A stretch of DNA of 64,000 bases. Source: Marsupella aquatica. Taxonomy: Eukaryota > Plantae > Marchantiophyta. The notes below the pieces were generated by a model, which was given only the letters and a program-made list of their open reading frames with translations, made no database searches and was not told the DNA's origin. Shown here piece after piece: positions 50,401-61,312 of this stretch. A program made the translations under genes and the position numbers. Position 1 is the stretch's first letter; each line of letters begins with the position of its first letter. Location: the NCBI GenBank assembly GCA_973895155.1, contig OZ316898.1:5939079-6003078 (forward strand), written 5' to 3'.

Positions 50401-53400
50401 TTCGACTCTGGAGCTAACACCCACCTCACTAGTGACAAATCTGGACTCACAAATTTTGTAGCTCTTGCCCCTGGATCCTCGGTGGCAACCGCTGGTGGGG
50501 CTGCCTTGGATATCAAGGGTAAGGGCACCCTCATTCTTGATCAGAATAAACTTTTGAACGTTTTGTATGTGCCGCGTGCCCGTCGTAGCCTTATCTCTGT
50601 TGGAAATCTGGCTGATTTAGGACAAACTATATGTTTCAATTCCTCACAGTGTGTGGTGTTAGATCAAGAAAATCAAGTTAGCATGCATGGGGCACGTGAT
50701 CCAGTGACTCGCCTATACACTCTAGTTCCCAAGCCTCCACCTAAGCTTGAGCAACTCTCCTTACCGATAGCTTCATGTCACATCGCCACTACTTCTTCAT
50801 CTAATGCTGAACTTTGGCACAAACGCCTTGGACATATCCATTTTCAGAAATTAGCACACATGAGTTCAACTCACCTAGTTGTCGGCATTCCACATATTTT
50901 GCCAGTCAACACAATATGCAGCACTTGCATGGTAGCCAAGCAAACACGGGAAAGAATTCCAAAGCACTCTCTGACACAAACAACTAGGCCTTTTGAGCTA
51001 GTTCACTCTGACGTTTGGGGCCCAGCCCGTGTACCATCCTTAGCAGGCTCTCGCTATGTCCTCACATTTACCGACGACTACACACGGTATACCTGGACAT
51101 TCTTCCTTCGTTTCAAATCCGAAGTCTTTTCTACTTTCAAAGACTTTTGTGCTTCTGTCCAGAGTCAATTCGGATATCAGGTTGGATGCCTGCGAACCGA
51201 TCGAGGTGGAGAATACATTTCTCATGATTTTCAACAATTCTGCTCCACTAGAGGCATTTTTCGTCAACTCACTGCCGCCTACACTCCACACCAGAACGGT
51301 GTCTCTGAGCGTAAAAATCGAACTCTCATTGAAGCGGCTCGCAGCCTTTGCTTTGGTGCTCATTTTCCGGCACCTCTTTGGGAAGAGATGGTGCGGACTG
51401 CTACTTATATTCTGAACCGATGTTCCACTCGAGCTCTCTACAAAACAACTCCTTTTCAGCATCTTCATGGAATCAAACCTGACGTTAGTCATTTCCGAGT
51501 CATTGGCTGCTCAGCATATATTCACATCCCTGCTCCATTACGCTCTAAGCTTGAACCAAAATCTCTCAAAGCTATTTTTGTTGGTTACGATGAAAACACC
51601 AAGGGATATCGTTGTTACTCGCCCAGTAGACGTAAAATTATTATCAGTCGCAATGTTCGTTTTGACGAGTCTGAACTTGGCATCTTTGCCGTTGCTGGTC
51701 CTGAACCCACTTCCATCGATTTTGGGGATTTATCGCCTTTTGACTCAATTGCTCCACCTATACCAGACATTGTTCCTGCTCCCGATGATAATACCGACCC
51801 AGACTCCACTCTAGGAGATCACAAGGATACTGCTCCGCCTGACACGGTTATAGCAGATCCACCCATAGCTCCAGTTGAATATCGTCGCTCTGGCAGACTC
51901 CGCTCTCATAATTCTAGGCTTCTTGGGTTTTATGCTGAACCTCCTCCTTTAGAATTATCGGCTTGTGCTATCGAAACTTCTGATCCAACTATCACTGACA
52001 ACATTTCTCTTCGTGAAGCACTCACTCACCCTGACTGGTCTGGAGCTATTGACGAAGAGATGGACTCCATCCATAAAACCAACACTTGGACCCTTATGGA
52101 ATTACCCCCTGGCAAGCGCGCCATTCCATCTATGTGGGTCTTCAAACGGAAACCTATCTCTGCCACTCATGGTCGACTGAAGGCTCGTCTTGTTGCCAAG
52201 GGCAATTATCAGCAACATGGCATCGACTACTTTGAGACTTTTGCGCCAGTGGTCAAATGGACAACTCTCCGAACTATCACTGCCATATGTGCTTCCCGTG
52301 GCTGGCAGATCACTCACATGGATGTCGACACGGCTTTTCTAAACAGCAAAGTTCATGAAGATATTTACATGCATCAGCCTCCTGGACGTCGCATTGCTGG
52401 TAAGGAGCATCTTGTATGCCATCTCAACAATTCACTCTACGGCCTTAGACAATCCTCCAAAGCTTGGTACGACACTTTACATGCACTATTACAGAAGCTT
52501 GGTTGGATTCGTAGCTTACTTGATAACAATCTTTACTATTTTCTTGATGGATCAGACATTACTGTGTTGCTCACTCATGTTGACGATTTTTTTCTCACTG
52601 GGAGCAACGATACTCTTATTAGCTCCCACAAGACTGAACTTCGTAAGCACTTCAGCATGAAGGATCTTGGCCATGTTCAAAAATATCTAGGGATAGAATT
52701 TGATTCTTCTGCTACCGGAATCAAAATGCATCAACACAACTACTGCAATGAAATTCTTCAAGAATTTCATATGGGCTCTTGTACTCCGGCCCTCACTCCC
52801 TTACCGACAGGTACCGTTCTATCTACTGATTCCGCCAGTCCTCCTGTCGACGCTCATCTTTATTGTCGGATGGTAGGGAAACTAATTTACCTTACCAACA
52901 CTCGCCCTGATATATCCTTTGCTGTCAGCCTAGTCAGTCGTTTTATGCAAGATCCACATGAAGATCACATGCAAGCCACCAAGCACATCTTCAGATATCT
53001 TCGACACACTCTCAACTACGGCATTTTTTACAAACGGCATGCTCCACTCACTCTTTCTGCTTATACCGATGCCGACTGGGCTACCTGCCCTACAACTCGC
53101 CGATCTGTTGGGGCATATTTACTTACTCTTGGGGATAGCCCCGTTTCTTGGAACAGCAAACGTCAAGCCACAGTGAGTAAATCTTCTACGGAATCAGAAT
53201 ATATGGCTCTATCATCTGGGGCACAAGAAGCTGTATACATCCGCCGACTGCTGCTGGAACTTCAACTCATTCCCCATGTTGAGGTCACACTCAATTGCAA
53301 AGACCATCACATTCTTGATGCTCTTCACTCTTCTCGTCCAACTCTTCACTGTGACAACGAAGGTGCCATCAAGCTTGCACGAAACCCCGTTTTTCATGCT

Positions 53401-55284
53401 CGCACCAAACATATCGAAGTCCATCACCACTTCGTTCGGGAACGCGTCCTTGAGGGGGAATTAAACCTCACGTACATCCCAACTGATCTTCAACCTGCTG
53501 ATGTACTCACCAAGGCCTTATCCCGACCTCACTTTGAACGACATCGATCTGCTATTGGAGTTCTGGACTTGAGTTGCATTCCCGATACTATACCACTTTG
53601 AAAGCCAACGCCACATTTCTGTTTAGTTCTTTTGATCTGTCTGTAGCCTGTTTGATCTGCTCCGGTGGACCTATCAAACTCTGTGTACATCCAAGTGATT
53701 TACGTAATCTTGTCACATCCTGTTTACTTTCTCATACACTTAGAGCGAGGGAGGGTGTTGACAGTCACTTTGCTTCATGATTCATAGCAAAGTACCATGC
53801 GCTTCTAAGTGAGAAGTATGATTGTATCAGGCTGTTCTGCTGTGTCCACTCCCCCGGATATTACGGCTTGTTATCCGCTTGCTTGCTTTGATGATTAGTA
53901 GGGACGTGCCCTGTACGTATCACATTTCACCGTAGATCTATGTTCTACCTCCTAATGGATTAAAATCCATCTGTATCTCTGGCATGTATTTATGTGGGGG
54001 CCCCGCCTCCCCTTTCCCACTCATCACAGGAGATCAATAAACTTGTTCTCTTCAGATATTCGTTTTGCTTGCCTTATCGTGGACTGATAATGAACGTCAT
54101 TCAATCTGTTAAGTGCCACTTTGGTATCGCAAGGGTCTATCGATGTACGTTGTAAGGCTGCGCGGCATAGTATATCAAACCTCTCCAGTTCCTCAATGAC
54201 TTCTCACAGTGAATCGTACGGATTTTTGTTTCTAATCTGGTTTGCTGTTGATGATCGTTAGGATGTCGGCCCGGATGTCCTTGCATTAAACGACATTTCT
54301 GACGGTGGATCATTCCAAGCCTTCCTCGAGGAGATTTTAAGATCAGGGCCAATTGGCGAACCGGCCGTGGGTTCGACGTACTCTCCTAGGACATCCGCCA
54401 TCGATGAGGCAATGCAAAGCGGAATATTCGATCAGTTCTCGGTTCGTTGGTCGACTCCTTTTTTGTGATCGTTCGAAAATTTAGGATACAGTAGCGAACT
54501 TAGTATAGTAACTCGTTATGATAAGTTTCCCCAATCTTTTGCCTGATTCCATTTTCTCCGACTTTGACATTACTAACTTTGAGTTTTCGAGTTAGTAATA
54601 GATGGTGGATACAGAAATCCAGAAATTGAACAGATCTTAAGGTATGGCATGTGTGCTTGAAACTTGGCTTTCTAACCCTAATTCATTTGTTGATCCTATC
54701 CTCAGGAACAGCATGACGTTTCTGATACAGAGTCCCCGCTGAAGACCATGGAGGATGCTCCATTGTGGAAAGACACCATCATAAATCCTGTGAACGAAAA
54801 AATTGAGGAAATTTACTTGGGTATTGATCAGGCATCTGACCGCACAAAGCTAGAAGCCACGCAATCCAAAGCCCAGGAGTGTTCTGAGAGATTACAGAAT
54901 GAGATCCGCCACTTCCAGGGAGATCTTAACGGTATGTTCAATGACTTGAAAACCACACTAGCAAAGATTTCGAAAACCGTGCCAGGACATATCCAACTCC
55001 AGCTCAACAGAGCAATTTCTCAAGTCAACCATTTCAGCACCAAAGAACTGAAACGCTTCCTCCACGAAGCGAACGGAATAACGAAAAATCTCGTCAAGGT
55101 TGTCGACGACCTTCGGTACCGAAATGTCTCAACAAGCAAGATGTTCCAAAATTGTGCTTCGTCTGTCACTCAATTGGTGGAATCAGTCTTAGCATTGACC
55201 TCGAAGTTCATTTCCGTGGCAGACTTCAATCGGTACACAAGCGAATTGTACACTCTACCTAATTTTCGCGGTGGACGGTTCTAA
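47434..55284 (+). CDS. Unknown-family paralog B (~467 aa): CaM-binding-like helix, private middle domain, C-terminal helical domain; copia-2 sits in an intron
   Basis: Exons 47434-47667, inferred micro-exon 47768-47783, 48010-48242, 48417-48578, 54262-54441 and 54706-55284. The last three have splice sites and frame conserved with D. The last exon aligns with the last exon of A (DLRYRNVSTSKMFQNCA...LVES.L...KFISV vs DLKFRELTVDRHFQKCA...LVDS.L...NFISM). Confidence 0.68.
48812..54054 (+). mobile_element. Intact, very young Ty1/copia LTR retrotransposon
   Basis: 299-bp LTRs at 48812-49110 and 53756-54054, identical by eye. TSD GATAT. PBS TGGTATCAGAGCC at 49111. PPT AGAGCGAGGGAGGG. Single uninterrupted 1422-aa ORF. 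Confidence 0.98.
49333..53601 (+). CDS. Copia gag-pol polyprotein (1422 aa)
   Basis: LNGNNYPLWS gag, CFTCSDPSHVARNC zinc knuckle, WIFDSGA protease, LWHKRLGH, integrase HSDVWGP/RTDRGGEY/ERKNRTL, RT (HVDD), RNase H YTDADWA...CDN. Confidence 0.97.
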   Translation: MNQDMNFSMSKDEKLNGNNYPLWSYKMKQSFIKEKIWYVVRENLLGVIFDANDPVNPTPAERRTAQNKALYMLTKAVEDKMLARYVRIDDPAFLWAELRRACAGNTTSRRVVLKRKLFSLRFPESATMTTNFSTVNELLNDLAAVDVAFTDEELQGVIIDALPRSWETFGAVLAGRENMPSFSQLENIVREEESRRGARNYAGEEALFVRHVFPPPAPYGRFNNAGGRARGRGGPNFGGRGGRGRFPAPLNNNNRGDNNNRGACFTCSDPSHVARNCPFRGLETELQRLTARMTQMNIGAGRAANLVETNFGPNPNPDVEEYFDAAPENVDTVTADQILEANFTEVIAQPDHPEWIFDSGANTHLTSDKSGLTNFVALAPGSSVATAGGAALDIKGKGTLILDQNKLLNVLYVPRARRSLISVGNLADLGQTICFNSSQCVVLDQENQVSMHGARDPVTRLYTLVPKPPPKLEQLSLPIASCHIATTSSSNAELWHKRLGHIHFQKLAHMSSTHLVVGIPHILPVNTICSTCMVAKQTRERIPKHSLTQTTRPFELVHSDVWGPARVPSLAGSRYVLTFTDDYTRYTWTFFLRFKSEVFSTFKDFCASVQSQFGYQVGCLRTDRGGEYISHDFQQFCSTRGIFRQLTAAYTPHQNGVSERKNRTLIEAARSLCFGAHFPAPLWEEMVRTATYILNRCSTRALYKTTPFQHLHGIKPDVSHFRVIGCSAYIHIPAPLRSKLEPKSLKAIFVGYDENTKGYRCYSPSRRKIIISRNVRFDESELGIFAVAGPEPTSIDFGDLSPFDSIAPPIPDIVPAPDDNTDPDSTLGDHKDTAPPDTVIADPPIAPVEYRRSGRLRSHNSRLLGFYAEPPPLELSACAIETSDPTITDNISLREALTHPDWSGAIDEEMDSIHKTNTWTLMELPPGKRAIPSMWVFKRKPISATHGRLKARLVAKGNYQQHGIDYFETFAPVVKWTTLRTITAICASRGWQITHMDVDTAFLNSKVHEDIYMHQPPGRRIAGKEHLVCHLNNSLYGLRQSSKAWYDTLHALLQKLGWIRSLLDNNLYYFLDGSDITVLLTHVDDFFLTGSNDTLISSHKTELRKHFSMKDLGHVQKYLGIEFDSSATGIKMHQHNYCNEILQEFHMGSCTPALTPLPTGTVLSTDSASPPVDAHLYCRMVGKLIYLTNTRPDISFAVSLVSRFMQDPHEDHMQATKHIFRYLRHTLNYGIFYKRHAPLTLSAYTDADWATCPTTRRSVGAYLLTLGDSPVSWNSKRQATVSKSSTESEYMALSSGAQEAVYIRRLLLELQLIPHVEVTLNCKDHHILDALHSSRPTLHCDNEGAIKLARNPVFHARTKHIEVHHHFVRERVLEGELNLTYIPTDLQPADVLTKALSRPHFERHRSAIGVLDLSCIPDTIPL

Positions 55285-57269
55285 GAAGCTAGGTTAACCT
55301 GGAGCGTAAGACTTGATCTTATTTCCTCCACCGATTTTGACGTACTATTGTTCATTAGCTCAGGAATATACACAGAAGAGGGCAATTTTCATGGACGATT
55401 CCGGCGAAGATCAACATTTTTCCCAACCAAAGAAACGTGCTGATCAGCACGAGTTCAACTGCCGGTAGTAAAGACTTTGTTTTCATAGATTTTAAAGCTG
55501 TGCTGTATCCTTTTCTGCTTTGGAAAATGCATATTAAGCAGTTCTTCCGACCTCAATCTTAAGTCGCAAGATGATAGTGTGAGATGTGGTCAGGAAGCTA
55601 TACGGAAAACCCTCGCCGTTTGTTGTAATATACTAAGCGCCCTTGTGTGCAAAAAGGAGTAGGTCATTCTTCTAAACTGGCTCTTAGCTTAATTCTTGGG
55701 TAGATTTCAATCCCTAAGTTTGTCAGAGGCACGCATTTTTATCTACTCCTTTGGGGTGCCGATTTTATAAACTTTTGCATCAAATCTCTCGAATATACTG
55801 CCCTTCATATGGAGAATTTTCAGAACACAATTTGTTCTTTTCTGATCGTCAAGCCTTCTGATTGGCATGGTTGATGAATCGTTTCATGTACAACGGCTCA
55901 GAAACTGCTGACCTCTCCAACTCCACCAGAGTACACTCCGTTCCGCTGTGAAAATCAAACCTGGTCCTAGTTTACAAACACAGGCTGCTTGTTCCCTCCA
56001 ATCTGTGGGGTTTAAGCGGAATAGACTTTGAAATAAAAATAAAATTCAAAAGGAGTGTGCAAACACAAAACATCGTCGATTAGGATTCATGTGAACCTTG
56101 GCACAGGTGCTGAGGCACACTCGAAGTAACCGTTCTAGCTTAAAAATTGTGCCGTTTCCCTGATCGAGAGCAAATGCTCGTCCCTGGTTTACGGGTGTAC
56201 GCCTTCTACCTTAGAAATTGGGTCTCGGTAACTGCACATCAAAATATAACATATACGATGTACGACACCCCTGCATACCGTGATAATCGTAGGTTTTTCC
56301 TTTCAATCAATGAATGCAGCCACATTTTAATGTGTGATTACCAGCAGGGTTAGAAATTGTGCCTCTTTCGTGGTGATCGAGAGGAAATGCTCGTCCCTAA
56401 TTCACGAGTCGCCGGAGCTCAAGCTTAACTGTGTACCGTCATGTAACTTCTGTAGCTCAATTTGATGTGCATTCCAGAGTTAAATTTCCACAAACAACAG
56501 GTAAAACAGCACTATATGGCCCACCATCTGCTCTCCGAATTGTAGTTGAACAATCATGGTAGACGAACGACCACATGCGATCAGCAATGCTAGAAACATT
56601 GTAAATTTGTAACCACCAATGCACCATCATAGAAATTGTCGATACCCGACTTCAGTAATTTTTCAAAGCAAAGGAGAGAACATTATTTTGTGGGCTCGCT
56701 AAATTACACGTCGAAACGATGACGGCATTCCCACGGACCTTGCTTGCTGGAGTACCGTGATGGCATGGGTTGGCGATGAGTCCACTAGTAGGCTCGGGAC
56801 GATGGGCGGAATACGGTCGGAAAGCGGACGTGTCCTGATTCCGATACAGCCAAGCCTGATTCCGGGACGACCTAGTCCTGGGCATTGATTGAGGACGCCA
56901 ACTGAGAGAGTATGCAAGAGTCAGGGTATCTCAAACCCTAATTTTTTTTTGATATAGTTTTAATTTAGTAATTTTATGTTGGGAGTGTCAAAGCACTGCC
57001 ATAAGCAAGGTCTTGTGAGACTTTTCGGACACGGAAAGGCTGCGACACGGATTGGGAGTGTCACAGCACTGCCGTAAGCAAAGTATTACCGCTGAGAATT
57101 TTTGGATGTACCATTCATATGGGAGATGAATTTAGGTAGCCGGTAGTGTTTTTGTCTTTTTGTCTAGACAGTAAAAGCACTTTATATTCTAGACGGTAAC
57201 TCAGTTATGGTCTTGTTTTGACATCCCCTATTACCAAGTTTATAGTCCATGGACTGTTTCCCATAAAGA

Positions 57270-57385
57270 TTGGTTACATGCCATGACCATAAGTCACTGT
57301 AGAGCCTAGTGAAAAAAAACACCAGAAATAGCTTTTACATAACCCTATGAAAAAGCAATGGCCATTATTTTGTTTATGGCCATTT
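57270..57385 (-). repeat. Dispersed repeat, inverted partner at ~5757-5870
   Basis: TGGCCATAAACAAAA...CTAG...TATGGTCATGGCAT is shared in opposite orientation. Confidence 0.55.
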
Positions 57386-57615
57386 TTTTGGGTGTAAAAC
57401 TTTGAAGCTTTGAGATACCCTGATGGACCCATGAGCATGGTAATTTTCTTTTGCAATGGTGGCCAATGTTAACAACATTACTTATCTAATTTTACTAGAT
57501 TAATTTTTGACCTTAGATCGGAGGTCAAAAATTATTCTTGGACACCCAATTATACTAGAAAGTCAATCAAACAGGTGTTTTTTTAGGGTATTATTGTACG
57601 CACTTTGACACAAAG

Positions 57616-57955
57616 AGGAGATTACTATGTACTTGTAGTTTTATGTCAACATGGCCAGCATATTATTTAATGACAAAAATTTGCCAAATTTCACTACTAG
57701 AAAGTCAATCAAACAGGTTTCTTGCATCATAGAACCACCATGTTCTTGCTAAGGGGTGAAAACATGATCAAAGACAACAAACCTGCTTAATTATTTTATT
57801 GAGAAGACTTCTTAGTAGAGGTGGAATTTTGCAAATCAAAGAGCAAGAAACCTGTTTGATTGACTTTACAGTAGTGAAAGTAGGCAAAGTTTTGTAGTAA
57901 GAAAACAAGTTGGGGCCCATGTTTACATAAAACTACATGTATATAGTAATCTCCT
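57616..57955. mobile_element. MITE with ~110-bp imperfect TIRs (MULE-like foldback)
   Basis: AGGAGATTACTAT...AAAGTCAATCAAACAGGTTTCTTGC is the reverse complement of GCAAGAAACCTGTTTGATTGACTTT...ATAGTAATCTCCT. Confidence 0.75.
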
Positions 57956-58045
57956 ATTCAATTCATTGTCTGCAAAATAACCTAAGAAACAAGAGATTTA
58001 GCTCAAGTCTGCAGGAGGGGCTATAATTGCCCATATTGTTATGGA

Positions 58046-58296
58046 CCCCATCACCTGTGATGTTTTAGGTCTCGGACCCCCTAAAATGTAAGAAAAAATA
58101 TTTTTTAATCCCTAGGAAGTTGGAAATTTGATTAAAAAGACCTTACTTAATGTTCTTATAAATATCAAAATTGGATTTAAAAGACATTATTGTTCTTTTG
58201 AGAGAACTCTTAAATCTTCTCTTAGAACCAATATATAAAACTACTTTATCCTTAGTCACATATGATATGCCATTTTGTGTAAGTGAAGCCCCTGAG
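58046..58296 (-). mobile_element. hAT-type MITE (copy 3), inverted, one TIR lost
   Basis: Reverse complement of 9732-~10000 (CTCGGACCCCCTAAAATGTAAGAAAAAA... and ...GCCATTTTGTGTAAGTGAAGCCCCTGAG); no TSD. Confidence 0.75.
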
Positions 58297-60785
58297 GATG
58301 GGGTCCCCAAACTAATTAATTCTTTGTTGTATGGGAGGGGGTGGGATGTTGGCCTTTCCCTCCGTGGCCATTTGATGCCATATAGTCTACTCTGGTTGAG
58401 CAGTTTTGCCCCTAGTATACTTGGTAGTAACAGGGTTTCTTCCCCTTTACTTTTCAAAAAATATGTGGCTAGGAGCTTTGTTTTTGTACACTGAAATTCT
58501 GTAGAAACTGGCATTATCTACTCACATGCCATTTTTTTTTCTTCTAAAATATTGACTAATATGCGACAGATTTAACCAGAAACCACTCAGGTTAACTTCC
58601 ACAACATTGATGGCCCACAGCAAGACATATACCCCATCACGAACAGCCAAAACACCCAAGATCTGTCGTGGACTCCCGCTCACCTGGTTTGAGTTTGACC
58701 CCCTGCTCCCACCCTCACCTGGAGCCTCACAACTGCAATATGGGCCATCAATGCTGTGGAAGTGATTGCTGATTAACACTGTTGAATAATAGTAAATAAC
58801 ACTAGGTTTTGTTGCCTTCAGCCCAAAATTTAAATAATTATATATTCATCATGAGGACTGGGATGGGCACTAGGGTAAAACTAAGAAAAAGGATGTTGCC
58901 AACATCGTTCTACTTAACTAAAAATAGGGTGTTGTATAGGTATTTCCTAGTCTAGGTTTTACTCTCTAGGTCTACTTTACTAAAAAAAAAGGATGTTTTT
59001 TTTGGGTATTTTCTGGTCTGGGTATTTACCCTCTGGGTCTGCTGACCTCAAAAATGGGTGTGCCTCCTGGTCCCCTTATTTTACTCTTTTGAGTATTTAC
59101 TAGTTACAAGAACCAAACCGAATAACCCTTGGAGATGCTCTTATCTCGGGCATGAGTGGTGGGCCGTGCAAATAGATTCACCCTTTTCCCTTTCTGACAA
59201 GGACCAGAGTTTTTTGGTGGTGAAAATTTGTTACATTCCACCTCATTGAAAAGTCTTTACCACTTTGGACAAGAGGTTTGCTAGGTTTTTTGTCATCAGG
59301 CTGTTTCCCATCTATCTGCACTCCACAAGTCAGAATCTGACTGTTATCCTACATCTTGGGAGACCCATCTGTCAAAACCCAATCTAAGAAAACAGGTCAT
59401 GAGTAGTTGGCACGGATACGAGCAAGATAGATTTCTCCTTCATACTAGCTTTTTTTTAGTGGCAAAAATTACCCAGAGTCCACCTCGGTGAAAAGTCATA
59501 GCCACTTTAAGCTAAAAAATTACTAGGTTTTCTTTTCTGCCATCAGCCAGCCACAAATTTAGATACTATCCAAGAGCTTTTAATTACATTGTCACTAATG
59601 ATATTTTTATTTACAATTTTGTCATTGCTTTTATTGTATTTACAAATCTACCACGGTTTACAAATATTCCCATCTTGGTGATTTTGTTGAACTTGTCAAC
59701 TTTATATAAAATCGTGGCATCCTTGTAAATAAAAAAAACCACGATAATATTATCAATCTAAATATCTTCAGTGACAAAGTAATTAAAAGTTGTATCCAAT
59801 AACTCAAAGTATAACTGTCATCAAGGGAGACTGAACTGTCAAAATTTAAATTTTCTAATACATTGATATAAAAGATACACTTGGGATCTAGGCTTACATA
59901 GTGAACCCTTCTAGAGGGCAACTCAGGGAAAAACAAAACTAGTAAGGGGCAAAACTGAAAATACCAAAAACAAGGGGAAGTGCAAAGGTGAAAGGCAAAC
60001 AACAGAGATAAAGGGGTTTTTTTTTGGTATAACCTCTATATCCCTACATGCTAGTCTAACCAAATTATAGAAAGAAGATTCTTAACATATGAAATTCCTT
60101 CACACGAGATAACATTTGCCACGGTGGCGAAAACGAAGAGCTTGCTGGGAGCTCAATGGCGGGAAACCCGCCGCCGTTGACGCTCCTTCTCGACGACTCT
60201 GTGGAGCCAGTCCAATTCGAAGAAGCTTCTATGAAACCTCCGGTTGACCGAGTCCCAGGCTTCAGTAATCAATGTAGCGGGACAAACATTGTCGGCCTCT
60301 GTTGGACGACCATAATAAGTAGAGAGGAAAGAACAGTGGTTGCTCAAGATCAGCGACCGCTCAAAAATTGGGATCTCACGGTCTAAGGATTGCACTCGCT
60401 TCACCAAGGAAGGTTCCGCAATTCCCAGGCGCAGGCACAGCTCGTTTGGGTGCGGATTGCTCGACGATTTTGGCGGACGACGAGTGAGAGTGCCGCATTT
60501 GTCCGACTCACTGAGAACGTTGTCTGTCGCTGTTGTGCGGAAGTGTGCCTGGGGTCTGCGTTGATCTGGTTCTTCATTTCAGGTACTACTGTACTCTTTA
60601 ACTTTCTTTTCAATTAGCCTTGCCTTTTGGTCACCTTGCCATCCGTAAGGGTTTAGCTTCCCAGGTAAAAGGGGGGTGGGAGTTGGGTTGTTGATAAACC
60701 TTCGTGTCCTGTCTCGTGCTAGTGGGAATGAGAGATGTCGCTAGTCTTCTCTTGCCGAAGTAAGCAATCGCACTGATGCAAACAG

Positions 60786-60925
60786 CATTGAAGAAGAGTT
60801 CACCTTCAAAACGATTTATACATACATGCAGGCTGCATTGAAGAAGAGTTCACCTTCAAACCGATTTATACATACATGCAGGCTGCATTGAAGAAGAGTT
60901 CACCTTCAAACCGATTTATACATAC
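60786..60925. repeat. ~50-bp tandem repeat, ~2.8 copies, in the 5' intron of gene D (single copy in gene A)
   Basis: GCATTGAAGAAGAGTTCACCTTCAAACCGATTTATACATACATGCAGGCT repeated. Confidence 0.88.
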
Positions 60926-61312
60926 ACATAATACCTTGGTGTTCCGTTCTCTTTCGGATAATCTTTCCATGAAATCTATGCTGCAGCGACACAGCCATGA
61001 TGACGATTTCGCTTGGGAGTTTCCCTCTCGCTCCTGAAATTCGGAATGGTTCTTCTTTTTCTCTGTGCTCTCTGCTTGTGCAGATACCGGTCGCATTTGT
61101 ATTTCGGGGTAGATTCTATGAGCTCTATTTGAGACTACTCTTTGGGATTGAGCTCTGAGATCTCAGTTCTGGACGTCTATACTGCCCTCGCTGTTGCTCA
61201 ATGGCAGTCAGGGGCATCAATCTCTAATGTTTGTTGGACCGCTTTATGGTAGCTGGATCGTGAGTTGATAAGTTTTGATTGGCAGACTCTAGGGCAGACA
61301 TTAAAATCGAGA

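Noticed and set aside
54137-54352. Minus-strand ORF MALILKSPRGRL... also present at 63015-63299
   Set aside because: Antisense to the plus-strand 180-nt exon and its upstream intron; similarity simply reflects the duplication
60156-60617. ORFs starting MAGNPPPLTLLL (D) and MAEKPPPLTLLL (A, ~25160) as first coding exons
   Set aside because: Frame is not conserved between the two copies after ~12 codons and both stop early; treated as 5' UTR (a uORF role cannot be excluded)
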